Below are positions 26,772 through 39,690 of a stretch of DNA of 64,000 nucleotides, one piece after another. The position numbers and the translations under genes are program-made. Within the stretch, counting starts at the first letter, position 1. Every line of letters starts with the position of its first letter. Under the pieces are notes generated by a model that saw only the letters and a program-made list of their open reading frames with translations, did not search any database and was not told the origin of the DNA. Origin of the DNA: the human T2T-CHM13v2.0 reference genome, Homo sapiens; assembly GCF_009914755.1 (NCBI RefSeq), contig NC_060927.1. One strand, written 5' to 3'.

Positions 26772-29046
26772 TTAAGGGAGAAATGTGATAAAAGGGCTTT
26801 TAATTTTTTTGGAAACTAGGATGTCCCTATTATCTTACTAAGCCTCAGAGCAAATAACAAATTAAGATGGGGGAGACTAGTGGGAAGTGTTTTCTTTTCC
26901 TCATGGAAATGAGTTTAAAGGGTTTTATGACTTGTCCATGTTCTCACAACTGTTGAGTGGATAAATAAGAATCTGAATGTGGGGAAGGTGGATTTTATAG
27001 ACACTGACTAAAGAAGATGTGTGCCCTGGGGACAAAATAAAGCCTAGATAATAGCTTCCCTGACAGTTTGTGAGGATCTGACAGTTTTTGGTCTATATAA
27101 ATGAAGAAGGAATCAATAAAAGAGGTATATCAAATTATATAATCAAGTAAGCAATATTACTTGATTATATAATTTTTGAGTAAAGATTTTAGTCTCTTTA
27201 ACCAGAGAAGCTTGTTCAAAATCTGTTAGTTCTACTTCAAAAATTAACTTCAAGTCTGTGCATTCCTCTCCAACTCCACTGCTACCTTTCTAGTCTTCAA
27301 ATAATCACTAGTATTCTCTTGGCTTATCACAATAAACCTCCTACCTGATGATCTCACCTCCATTCTTCATCTCTTCTTACAAATAATGCATATGGAACTG
27401 AGAAGAGTCTTTTCTAAAATTTATATCATCCCCTTTCCTGGCTTAAGATGTTTTAAAGTTTTTCTATAACAGTAAAAGGTAAAATATAATTCCTCAGCAT
27501 GGTCCATAAGTCCAGAATAGGCTGATGTTTATCCACTTTTTCAACATCAGCTTTTGCTTCACTCACTATGTTCCAATCATAATTGTTTTATTTCATTTGA
27601 AAAAGTGCTGAGAGATTTCCTGCTTTAAGGATTTTGCTTATGCTATTCTCTCTGCCAGGGATGCTCTTCCTACTACTGCCAATTGATTGACACTTCATAA
27701 TTATTCTTCAGAACTTAAATTCCTTTTTTAAGAGTCTGGCATAATCTACTCCCTGGGTGAATTATATTCTTTGTTTCTTTTAATGTTTCAGATTATCTAC
27801 ATGTAATAGCTAAACTATCAGAAAAGAATCTGGAGAATCTGAAAAGTCATTCTTTTCATTGTGTGTGTTTGTACTTTTCCAATCACAATGTCAGAAGCAT
27901 GTTATCAGATGAGAATGTGCTTTTAATTTGCAAAGTAAGGTTTTAACCCACTTTGTGTGAGATAGTGAAGTGTACTGAAACAGCATTGGGGGCTTGGGCT
28001 TTGCTGCTAAGTTGAGGAGTCACCATAGACAAATTAAATTGCTTCCATGGACTTCATTTCCTCTATCTCTGAGGTACAAAGATTGGATGGAGACAATTCC
28101 TATAGACCTTTCTGGCTTACTATTCCAATGGTGCTCTATGCTAAAACTTGGCTTTCAAATGATTTTCCAATACAGGCATACCTTATGGATACTAGCAATT
28201 CAGTTCCAGACCACCGCAATGAAGTGAATTTTGCAATAAAGTGAGCCACACAAAAATTTGGGTTTTCTTGTGCATATAAATATTATGTTTATGACATACT
28301 ATAGTCTATTAAGTGTGCAATAGCGTTATGTCAACAAAACAATGTACATACATCTTATATAAAAATACTCTTGCTAAAAAATGCTAACCGTCAACCTGGA
28401 CCTTCAGCAGGTCCTAATCTTTTTGTTGGTGTAAGATCGTACGTCGATGTTAATGGTTGCTGACTGATCAGAGTGCTGGTTGCTGAAGGTTGGGGAGGCT
28501 GTGAGGATTTCTTAAAATAAAACAATAATAAAGTTTGTTCCATTGATTGACTCAAGAACATTCTTGTCACAAAAGATTTCTCTGTAGTGTGTGATGCTGT
28601 AAAACTTCTCTCAAAATTGAAGTTAGTCCTCCAAACCCTGCCACTGCTTTATCAACTACGTTTATGTAATATTCTAAATCCTTTGCTGTCATTTCACAAT
28701 ATTTACAGCATGTCCACCAGGAGTAGATTCCATCTTTAAAAAACAAAACACTCTTTTTGGCTCATTCATAAGAAGAAACTCTTCACCCATTCAAGTTCTA
28801 TCATGAACTTGCAGCAATAGAGTCACATCTTCGGAGTAGATTTAGCATACTTCTTATGGACCCTAGGATTTTCAGAATGGCAAATGAGATTTGGCTTCAA
28901 CTTAGTTACCATCTGCATTAGCCCCTAACAAGAGAGTCAGCTTATCCTTGGAGGCTTTGAAACTAGGAATTGACTTCTGCTCTTGATGAAAGTTCTAGAT
29001 GGCGTCTTCTCCCAACATGAGGTTGTTTTAAGTACACTAAAAATCT

Positions 29047-31729
29047 TCAGAAGACCCGGTTAATGGGAGCCACTATCCGGGTCTTCTACGGCCTGTGCTG
29101 GCTCTGGGATCTCAGCACAGGTCTTTTGCTCTTCCTCCTCTTGAGCAGCCATGGCTGCCAGGAAGACCCAGAACCCCAAGGCTGAGGTGGCCCAAGTGCA
29201 GGTGGTTTTGGTGCTCAACATCAGTGTGGTGCAGGGGCTACAGGACATACTGAGGACCAACCTGGGACCCAAGGGCGTCATGAGGATGCCTGTTTCTGTG
29301 CTGGACACATCAAGCTTACTAAAGACAGCCATGTGCCACTTCACAAAATGCAAATTCACGAAATGCAAATGCTATTAAATGCATTCTTAATAGCAAAAGT
29401 AGCAACAGCTCAGGATGATATAACGGGTGATGGTATGACTTACAATGTCCTAATAATTAGAGAGCTACTGAAACAGGCCAACCTCTACATTTCTGAAGGC
29501 CTTCATCCCAGAATAATCACTGAAGGATTTGAGGTTGAAAGGTAAGGGCCCTTCAGTTCTTGGAACAAGTCAAATTAAGCAGAGAGATGCACATAGAAAC
29601 ACTTAAGAGATGTGGCCAGAACATCTCTTTGTACTAAAGTTCATGCTGAACTTGCAGACATCTTAACATAGGCTGTAGTGGACTCCATTTTGGCCATTAA
29701 CAAACAAGATGAACCTATTGATCTCTTCATATTTGTGATCATGGAGATGAAACATAAACCTGAAGCTGATACAAGCTTAATTAGAGGCCTGTTTTGGACC
29801 ATGGAGCACGGCATCCTGATGTGAAGAAAAGGGTGGAAGATGCATACATCCTCAAGTGTAGTGTGTCATTAGAGTAAGAAAAAAGGAAGTAAATTCTGGC
29901 CTTTTTATTTACAAGAGTGAAGAAGAGAGAGAAAAAAATCATAAAATCAGAAAAAGTTCATTGAACATGGAGTTAAAAAATAGTAGAACTGAAAAGGAAA
30001 ATCTGTGGTGATTCAGATAAAGGATTTGTTGTGATTATCAAAAGGGAATAGATCTCTTTTCCTTAGATGTTCTTGCAAAAGAAAGCATAGCAGCTCTACA
30101 CAGAGCGAAAAGTAGAAATATGGAGAGGCTGACTCTTGCTTGTGGCAGGGTAGCTCTGATTTACTTTTATGACCTAAATCCTGACTGCTTGGGACTTGTG
30201 GTTCTTGTGCATGAGTATACACTGAGGAGAAGTTCACCTTTATTCAGCAATGTAACAATCCTCACTCTTTCACATTATTGATCAAAGGACCAAATAAGCA
30301 CACACTCTCTCAAATCAAAGAAGCCATCAGAGATGGCTTGAGGACTGTAGGAGGAGCTATTAATGATGGCTGTGCAGTTCCAGGTGCTGGTGCCGTGGAA
30401 ATGGCAATGGCAGAAGACCAGTGTAAAGGGCAGTGCACAGCTTGGAGTTCAAGCATTTACTGATGCATTGCTCAATTATTCCCAAGGTTCTTGCTCAGAA
30501 TTCTGCTTTTGACCTTCAAGAACGTTAGTTGAAATTCAAGCAGAATATTCAGAATCAGTCAGCTTGTGGATGTGGACCTCAACATAGGTGAGCCAGTGGT
30601 AGCAGCAGAAATAGGAGTATGGGATAACTATTGTGTAAAGAAACAGCTTCTTCACTCCTGCACTGTGATGGCCACCAACATTCTCTTGGTTGACGAGATC
30701 ATGAAAGCTATTAATAGAATGTCTTCTCTGAAAGGTTAAGTTGAAGCTTCGCTGTATCTGAGTCTTGAGACTCTGCAAAGTGATCCTGAGGAATGTAGCT
30801 GTGGAATTTTTGTCCAAGCTTCAAATGGTTTTCAAAGGAATTTTCTTTTCCCATATGAAAAAAGGAGAGAACACTGGTACCTAGTGAAATTTTGAAGTTC
30901 TGAAATTACAATTACAGTATTTTTTTAATTGCACTGAAGTAAAAACCCATAAAGCAGGTCCATGTGTGTCTTTTACCCAGTGAGCAGGATGTTTTGCTTC
31001 AGCTGCAGTGACATAAAAATCCATGTTAGAAAAGCATATGTTATCTACCTTATTATTAAATATTTCTTGAAAAACAAATTTTAATGGTTTAATAATTTCT
31101 TATGAAGATGTTTGTTAAATTATCCAACAGTGTCCTATTGTCAAGTATTTAGGTTTAAAAAAAGTTTTATGCTAATATAAATAACACTTCTGTAATTTAA
31201 GATTTTGAAAGCATCCCTGTTGGTATAAATTTCTATTTGTAAACTTATTGGATCAGTTGGACTTTTGCTGCTTTTGAAATAGCTTTGCTACAATACTCCC
31301 CCCAAAACGTTAAGCTGTAGCAAATGGGAAGAAGAATAAACTAGAGGCAAAGGGAGTTGAGAGAGCTGCAAGGGACAAGTGGCAAAAATAGAAGAGGCAG
31401 AGGTAAAAAGATGATGGAAGGCATGGTGACTAAGGGCTAGGGTTACTGGGTGAAATATGAGATTAATAGCTGACCATATTTTCAAGCGTCTGAACTTTTT
31501 GCTTGTGCAACATATCCATCCCAAATGCTCTAGTGCCATATTTTTCTCACCCAAATTACTGTTCTCTCCTACATATTTCCACAAGATTGTTTATATACAG
31601 TTGGTCTGTTTCTGTAGTCTTTGGAGACGAAATTGTGTGATACTAAGCTGTGTGGTTTGAGGGTTTAGCAGTTATCTGCAATGAATATGTAATAAATATT
31701 AAGTTGAATCCTCAAAACAAAAAATAAAA
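29047..31729 (+). pseudogene. Processed pseudogene of CCT6A (TRiC/CCT chaperonin subunit zeta); CDS-homologous part 29151-30739
   Basis: Translations match CCT6A: [73 protein letters not shown]-terminal MSSLKG-stop at 30737-30739. Intronless, with many frameshifts and stops; ~1 kb 3'UTR, AATAAA 31691-31696, poly(A) remnant 31714-31729, TSD aaaatct/aaaatgt. I cannot say which CCT6P number it is. Confidence 0.96.
31691..31696 (+). other. Fossil polyadenylation signal of the CCT6A retrocopy
   Basis: AATAAA 17 nt upstream of the A-rich tail. Confidence 0.85.
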
Positions 31730-32300
31730 TGTGTTGTTTAGTATGTAGCCACCTTTACCAGCTATCTGAGCGAGATCTTTTGGATAACTTGCTGCAACTT
31801 CTATATCAGCACTTGCTGCCTTACCTTGCACTTTCATGTTATGAAAATGACTTCTTTGCTTAAATCTCATGAACCAAAAATTTGCCAGCTTCTGACTTTT
31901 CTTCTTTAGCCTCCTCACCTCAGTTTGTAGTGTCTTGTGGATCATAGTACGGTCTTGCTTTGGATTAGGCTTTGGTTTAAGGGAATGTTGTGACTTGTTT
32001 GATACTCTATCCAGACCTCTCTAACTTTCTCCATACCAGCAATAACGCAGATTTACTTTTTTATTTGTGTGTTCACTGGAATGGCACTTTTAATAGCCTT
32101 CAGTAATTTCTCCTTTGCAATCATAATTTGGCTGCTGGGAGCAAAAGACTTAGCTTTGGGCCTATTTCAGCTTTCAACATGTCTTCCCCTCATGTAATCG
32201 TTTCTATTTTTTGGTTGAAAGTGAGAGGCACGTGATTCTTCCATTCATGTGAACACTTAGAGGCCATTTTAGGGTTATTGTTTGGCTCTATTTGATTTGA

Positions 32301-32589
<289 letters not shown>

Positions 32590-35009
32590 TGGCTCAATTT
32601 GAATATTGGGATGTCTCAGGGAATAGGGAGGCTGAAGTGGAAGGAAAGAGATAAGAGAATGGCCAGTTGGTGGAGCAGTCAGAACACACACAGCATTTAT
32701 CGACTACTTCAGTCTTATATGGGTGTGGTTCATGGTGCCCCAAAACAAAAACACCAAAGATCACTGATCACAGATCACCGTAATAGATATCATGATTATG
32801 AAAAAGTTTGATATATTGCTAGAGTCACCAATATGTGACACAGAAACAAGAAATTGAACACCTGCTGTTGGAAGAATGGCGCTGATGCAGAGAGCCTTCC
32901 TTGTTCCACACAGAGTTGTTACAAACTTTCAATTTGTAAAAAACACAGCATCTGCCAAGCACAATAAAGTGAAATGAAATAAAACAAGATGTGCCTCTTC
33001 TGCCAAAAACTGCAAAATTTTTCAAAAATTTAAAGTGAATCTTAAAATGTATACTTTTTTATTTTTGTTAATAAAAACTTCCTTGAGTAGGCTCAGATTT
33101 GTCGTCATAAGAATATTTTTGTTTTGATTTCATTCCAACATTGAAATTAAACTGTTTCCTAAGAATACCAGCTGCTATGAGGGATTCGTGATCTGAAAGT
33201 ACCACAGAAAGCAAAGAACAGAAAATGAAAACATGGTGATTAAATGTCCATTGGATGAGTCATATGATGGTTATCCTGAAAGAACCTGAAAATGAAACAT
33301 CCCTAAAACTATGAGAAGCAAAAAAAAAGTGCTGTCTAAATATACACTTGCCAGTAAATGCGTGTAAGGGCAGATTCCAGCGTGGGCATAAACCAATATT
33401 AAATTAATAACCACAAAAGAAGCTCTATTGATTAGCCTATTGCCTCACCTGTAATGCCAGTACTTAAATCTGAATGCAAACACTAATGAACAGGTTTAGG
33501 TTGTACTTTACAGTGATTGACAGCACTACGGGAAGTCAGATGCCAATGTTTTCTCATTGTAATATGTTAAGAACCTTTTTCCCTCCCAGAATCACCATGC
33601 AAAGCTATCCTCCAGGAAAATCACAGGTGGATCTAGATCCATCACATTTTAACTACAACTGTAGTTATAGTTAAACAGTGATTTAATATTTTACAAAATC
33701 TCAAAGATGTTGACTACTAATAATATGTTACTAATTATATTTTTGGAGAAATCTCACTGTTGAAACTAGGACTAAACCAAATTATAAGAACGTAAGAAAG
33801 ACATGCCACATAACACTAATAAGCAATGAGTCTTTTTCCACAGATTCTTTTTATTTTATTTTTTATTTTTTTATTTTTTTATTTTTTTTTACACAATTCT
33901 CTCTAAAGGACACTTGTTGGATAGCAGATGGAGGTTGTATGGCATTGACCTCAAAGGTTAATGATGTATCTTTAAGTATTCATTACACAACTTTAACAAT
34001 TCCTTACACAGTGAAACATTTTAGAGTTTTCAAAGGGCTTTCACTTTGACTGCTGATTATATTGTGAAGGATTGAATAATGTACAAAGTGTCTCAAGCGT
34101 ATGTTTTTCTTCACAGCATAATCCTGACATGTTTAAATATGCTATAAAAGTATATTGGATGAATTAATGAATTTGGTCCACACAACAAACTATGTTAGGC
34201 ATACATAGAAGAATTATTATACAATTTTACATGCTAGAAACAGTTCTAGTGATTTGCTAGGATGTCTTAACTATAGATAAAAGCCTGAGAAGGAATAAAG
34301 AAGTGAAATAGCCAATAAAAATCTATAGACATGGAAATTTTCAAAGAACACATACATTTATTTCAACACTGTTATTATACTTATCAGAAATGATCAACAA
34401 AATATAGTAGACAAATGGAAGCCTCAAATCAGGATTCATGTTTTCTCAGTTTTTAGATTTTACTATTTGTACCTTGTGATGTAACTTAGTTTGTTGTTTG
34501 TTTGTTTGTTTTTATCCACAGGGGCCAACATCACTAACTTTTTTTGGTATTCGCTTTGAGGATTTATCTTTATCTTTTAAGGGTTAAGGAAGATAATATT
34601 TGAATCTTTCTTAAACCCGTTTACGTCTTAAGTAAAGTAACATTTCCTCTGAGTCTTAGATAAATGGGTTTGAATGCCAGTTTTAAAATTGGGTGAAGAG
34701 TGTTTCAAATCTAGAAAACCATGTGAGCAAAGCCCTGATGTGAGAAACTTCTGAGGATATGTAGGGAAAGTAAGTTTGGTAGATTCATGAAATACATGAA
34801 AAGGAAAGGGTTCATGTGTGAGGATTACATTATGAAGCACCTTGGATACCAAACAGAGCACGTTGTCCCATGGACGGTAGGAAGCTATAGACGGTTACTT
34901 AGCAGAAGAGTTTCAGTGTAGGTCACTGTTTCCTTTTTAATAATAATGAGTTCATAGCCATATCTCTGCTATAGTGTGATCACTCTGGTGATAATAACAG
35001 AAAAGTAGG

Positions 35010-35031
35010 GTGTGTGTGTGTGTGTGTGTGT
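35010..35031. repeat. (GT)n microsatellite
   Basis: Read directly. Confidence 0.95.
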
Positions 35032-35114
35032 TGGAAGACAGGATTAGAGTAAGAAACTGGGTAGGATTACCATCTGAGAGGCGCTATTTCAATAGTCCAA
35101 TTAAAATGGAACAC

Positions 35115-35290
35115 GTACCTACTACTTGCTAACTTGCTAGGTGTATAAACTAGGACAAGTTACTTCCCTCTAAGCCTTGTTTTCCTCATTTGAATCCTAT
35201 AGAATTGTTGCTTTAATTAAGTGAGAAATTGTATATACTACAATTATTAACACCATGTCAGATATATCACGGGTACTTAATAGGTATTTA
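35115..35290 (+). mobile_element. MIR
   Basis: ggacaagttacttccctctaagccttgttttcctcattt core. Confidence 0.65.
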
Positions 35291-35364
35291 TAATTATTAT
35301 ATCAAGCCAATTAAAATATGTTGTTTTGGGAGAGGAGGACTTTACAATTACTTATCATTATTGT

Positions 35365-35620
35365 GTATTTATTTTCATTGACAAAAAATGTACGTATTTA
35401 TGAGATAAAATGTGATGTTTTGATATTTGCACACAGTGTGGAATGATTATGTTAATTAGCTTGACTTCAAGCTAATTAACATGTTCCTCACCTCACATAA
35501 TTTTTTGTGTGTGTGTGATGAGAACATTTAAAATCTTTCTTAGCATTTCAAATATACAGTACATTATAATTATAGTCACCATGCTATATGATAGTTCTCC
35601 AGAATTTATTCTTCTGATGA
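35365..35620 (-). mobile_element. L1MA-type 3' end fragment
   Basis: atgtgatgttttgatat...gtggaatgatta...caagctaattaacat...gagaacatttaaaatct...tatagtcaccatgcta. Confidence 0.8.
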
Positions 35621-38600
35621 ATATGTTTCAGTAAAATATTTTTGTCTTTTCTCAATAAAACTTTCTTTCATAGCTGGGACATCCTATTTGACAAAGATAA
35701 CAAGGCACATCCACACCGTCTTTCCTAAGACTATCCTCTTGGCCACTCTCAGCTAAGAAAGCTTGGCTAAGGGGGCCTATAACAGTGAGGTCATGTCACC
35801 GGGAGGTTCCGCTATTCTGCACCATACAACCAGAAAGACAGCAAACCTATGAAAGAACACTCTGCCATGCTTGAGAAGCCAAGCATGAGCTCTGCATATT
35901 TGTTCTCCTCCCAGAGTGAGTCAACCATGACGTTCACCCATTGCGGAGTGTTTGCTAGGCACTTGGCTTTCATTAATCTTCTTGCATTTCTTTGACCCCA
36001 CCTGTATATAAGATGGAATGGTGAGACTATTTTTTGTTATTTACCATATTTCTCCTCCTTAAATGGTGGAGGTCTTCTTATGCTGGAGACCAAATAGGAG
36101 CTTTGACACATTTCCATGACTGGAAACAGTAAGACCGGAATAGTTATGTATTAGGAACAAAGTATGCAGCAAGCTTTTATGATCAAGGAGATTCTGTTCT
36201 ACCTTTGGGACTGGTTTTATCTTAGCAGTACTCAAGAATGATTATATGCTGGTCCTAGAATGTACAATAAATGCACATGGTATTGGATGGTAGTAATTTT
36301 TGTTGTCAGTCATAACTAAGCAACAGTGACCTGTTATGGTCAATGTATTAAAAAACAGAACATTGAGATAAATAATATTATTTAATCCAACATACTTAAC
36401 TAAACACTAGCCATATACCAGGCCCCCTACAGTGTGTTGTTGGAATTCCAACATTGCTATGTAGTAGTTCCTTCACTTAAAGTATTTTGAATGGAAGGAT
36501 CCCCCTAAGGAACAGGCTTGGTGAATAGTAATAACTAAGTAATCCTTCTGGTCTTTAATTAATAAATTTATAGTTAAACAGGATTCATATTAACTTCATT
36601 TCATTTTATCCAAGAAGACTTTAGTACTCATTGGAAATATGCCTTCGCATGTTTTGTTTGTTTTGGGGGACACTCACTTTCTTAGACTGCTGGAAAGAAG
36701 GAACAGCTGTGTTTTTCTCTCTAAAGTATCAACTTGGTGATTTCCCCTCAGTCTTGTACAGATAAATACATTTTGACATTTGGTTGGGTCGTCTTCTTCA
36801 GTCAGATTGGCATTACCAATCCCTTAAGAGTTCATAAACAGAAAAGGAGGAGGCAAGGGAGCAATGAAGAATCAAAATGTAAAGAATTTTATTCTCACAA
36901 TGAAGACTAAAAGTATGCTTAGGTTTATTTTCCACTTGTTAACTGAATGATTAAAGAAGGAAAAAGTATTTCTTTGTTCTCGAGTTTATTTTTCTGCCTG
37001 TCATAAGATACAACTCTGACTATGTTTGCATACATCTTTGTGGTGGGAAGAATGTTATTCGAGAACACATTCCTTTTAATAAAGTTTGGTCATGTAAGCC
37101 ACTTTGTTATGAAATACAGTACACATTCCTGTTTTATTTATGTCAAATTTTCATTAAGGACATAAAAAATTATAGGTTCAGAGAAAGGGGGAAAATACCC
37201 AAATCTCTACATTTAATATGAAACATTGTGTTGAAGTAATCAATCAAACTATTCAGTATTAGCCATATTACTGACAAAGGCCAATATAAAGGCCAAACAG
37301 TTCCCCCATTAATGCGTTGGGATTCATGGGGAACTCTGATGTCTGTGGTTGGTGGTGACAGTTTCAGATTAGTATTTTAATATTGTAATTTCCCAGAGTT
37401 GCTTCGGAAACAAGAAGATAAGATTCCATTCTCTTGTGAAGAGTATTAAAATTCTAGGATTGAATCTATTCAATTTTTCCACCTGTACGTTTGATGTTAG
37501 AATACGTTCAACTTCCTTAAAAACTGCTCTGATGAGTGTTGCAGGGATATCATCAGTTGATTCTTTCATTTGAGAAGCATCTCTTCTGATTTCTGCCATG
37601 AAGTAGAAGGGGAATTAAATCTAAGTATGCTTTAGTAACTCGCTAAATATATAGTCCCAATTATAATAACTCAGAAGATTAATATTTGTTTTTGTTAGAC
37701 CCAGCAGGGTATGTTAAATGAAGCTCAACATTTTGGCCAATCTCGATCTGTTATTAACAGTGTAGACAAATTTTCCACCTATTAATGTACCACTAGTCAA
37801 TGTACTGGAATTAACTTACTACCTGGAAAAGTCACATTTGATATTTACACGCATATAAGCTTCTAGTTAACATAAGCCCACCTAGTTCACTGGAAACATT
37901 AGGACATTTCACTCAAGTTGGAGAAAAAAGTTATTTTCTAATTCAAGAGGCAATTGTATCAGTATAGATGGAGGAGACATGAGGAGGTATTTTTATGAAA
38001 ATTGCCAAAGTCTAATTAATATTCTTGGTAGAATGGTAGAACTTCTCATCAACTTTTTGAAACAGTAAATCCAATACAGCAATTCATCCATTTACATAGA
38101 CTTAAAAGTATAATCTGTGATTATTTGTCATTGGTTTAAAAATCTCTGAATGAATTAGACACACATTTAATCCTATAATAAGAAATAAGATCCGTTAGAA
38201 CATCCTAAATACAGTGTTTATATTTCTTTGCCTGACCTCTGCTGTCAAAAAGCCATGACAGCTGTTTGGTTTCAGGTGTGTTCAATCCAGTGAAGTGGCA
38301 AAAATCCTTTTAGAACAAGTTAGATTGCTTCTCTCTTGTTCTACTCCCCATTGTACGCACAAGCGTCATCTCTTTAGATGAGATGGCCACACTTGCAATA
38401 ACTAGTTCGTTCTTTTTCTTAGGCTAAATTTGAATATTTCCTGTTTATGGCAGGATAGAAACATTTCTAGTATCTGGAAAAGCCTTGGGCTTTCACTCCA
38501 GAAGGCAGCCCAGAAGACTGTGCTTTGTGTTTGCCTCCTACCCAATGACATTTCTGTATAGAACAAGTCTACTCCTAAAGGCTGATGGGAAAATAGAAGC

Positions 38601-39159
38601 ATGGCCATCAGAAGCCTACTTCTAGACATTTTTTGCCAGGGCCCAAAGACCTTTGAAAGAAAAGAGGGCTTTTTCCTGCAAATTTATCCAAACAGGTTTT
38701 CCTATGATACAAGTTGTTAACTTTCCTTCCTGCTGGATTACTCCCTAACCTATTTCCACTACAAAGTAATGACTTCATTGAACTTTCCCCGATGAATCTG
38801 TCACCCAGAAGAGTCATTCTTTAAAACAGAAAGGCAACATATGTAAGGACAATCTTTTGAGACTAACGTAAACTTTTTATTTCTTGCCCAAGTGTAGTAT
38901 TAAAGAATAGTTAATCTCCTGAATAACACTTCGGGCTAATTTGCCACTCAGAAGAGAGAATTACCAGAAGGAGCTCTGATGGCCACGACTCAGATTTAGT
39001 TACAGAAAGAGGTCAATGACCTTTAGAGAACAGAGAGCTCAATGACATGCGTGTTATTTAACCAGACACTGAAATTCATCAGGCAAAGTCATATTTTAAA
39101 ATATCATATTTTAATAAAATCAATACCTCATATAATTATTAATATAGTTATAGATAAAA

Positions 39160-39690
39160 TATACTGACCCACTATGTGCTGGCACTGTACCAAGTGCTTT
39201 ACCTACATTTATTTTCTTTAATTATGATAATCTTATGAGATAGGTATATTATCTGTCTTTCCATTTTAAAAATAAAAAGGTGGGGTGGCCAAATAATCTA
39301 GTAACAATGAAAATACATATCCAATGTTTATTATTTGCCAGGCCATGTTTTATTATATTTAATAATATTATAAATATAATATTAATAATAAATATAAATA
39401 TATTTATACTAAAATAAAAATAAAAATAAATATAATAAATATATTTATATTTATAATAAAATAAAAATAAATATAAATATAATATTAATTACATTAACTC
39501 ATTGAATCTGCAATAAAACCCCATCGAGTAGGTATTATTATTAGTCCCAACTTTAAGGTGAGGTAGTAGAAAGGCACAGGAAAGGTTAAGTAATTGCTCA
39601 GAGTCTCAGCTAGGAAGTGGTGGAGTTGTGACTGAAATGCTGATGGTCTGGTTCCTCAGGCCATCCTCTCACCACTGCATTGTACTGTCT
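39160..39690 (-). mobile_element. MIR fragments interrupted by an AT-rich tract (39350-39490)
   Basis: actatgtgctggcactgtaccaagtgcttt; aggtattattattagtcccaacttt; aggttaagtaattgctcagagtctcagctaggaagtgg. Confidence 0.65.

Noticed and set aside
29151-30739. Functional CCT6 gene or retrogene
   Set aside because: The frame is broken into several short ORFs by frameshifts and stops, and conserved motifs are damaged (GDGTT reads GDGMT; IQHPTAS is lost).
31712-31945. Active or domesticated Tigger transposase (TIGD1-like) gene
   Set aside because: Only a 77-aa fragment; the element is split by the retrocopy and an Alu and appears internally deleted.
33575-33632. Micro-exon-like ttttccctcccag|aatcaccATG...cacag|gtggat
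   Set aside because: Weak donor, only ~37 nt, no recognisable peptide and no partner exons.
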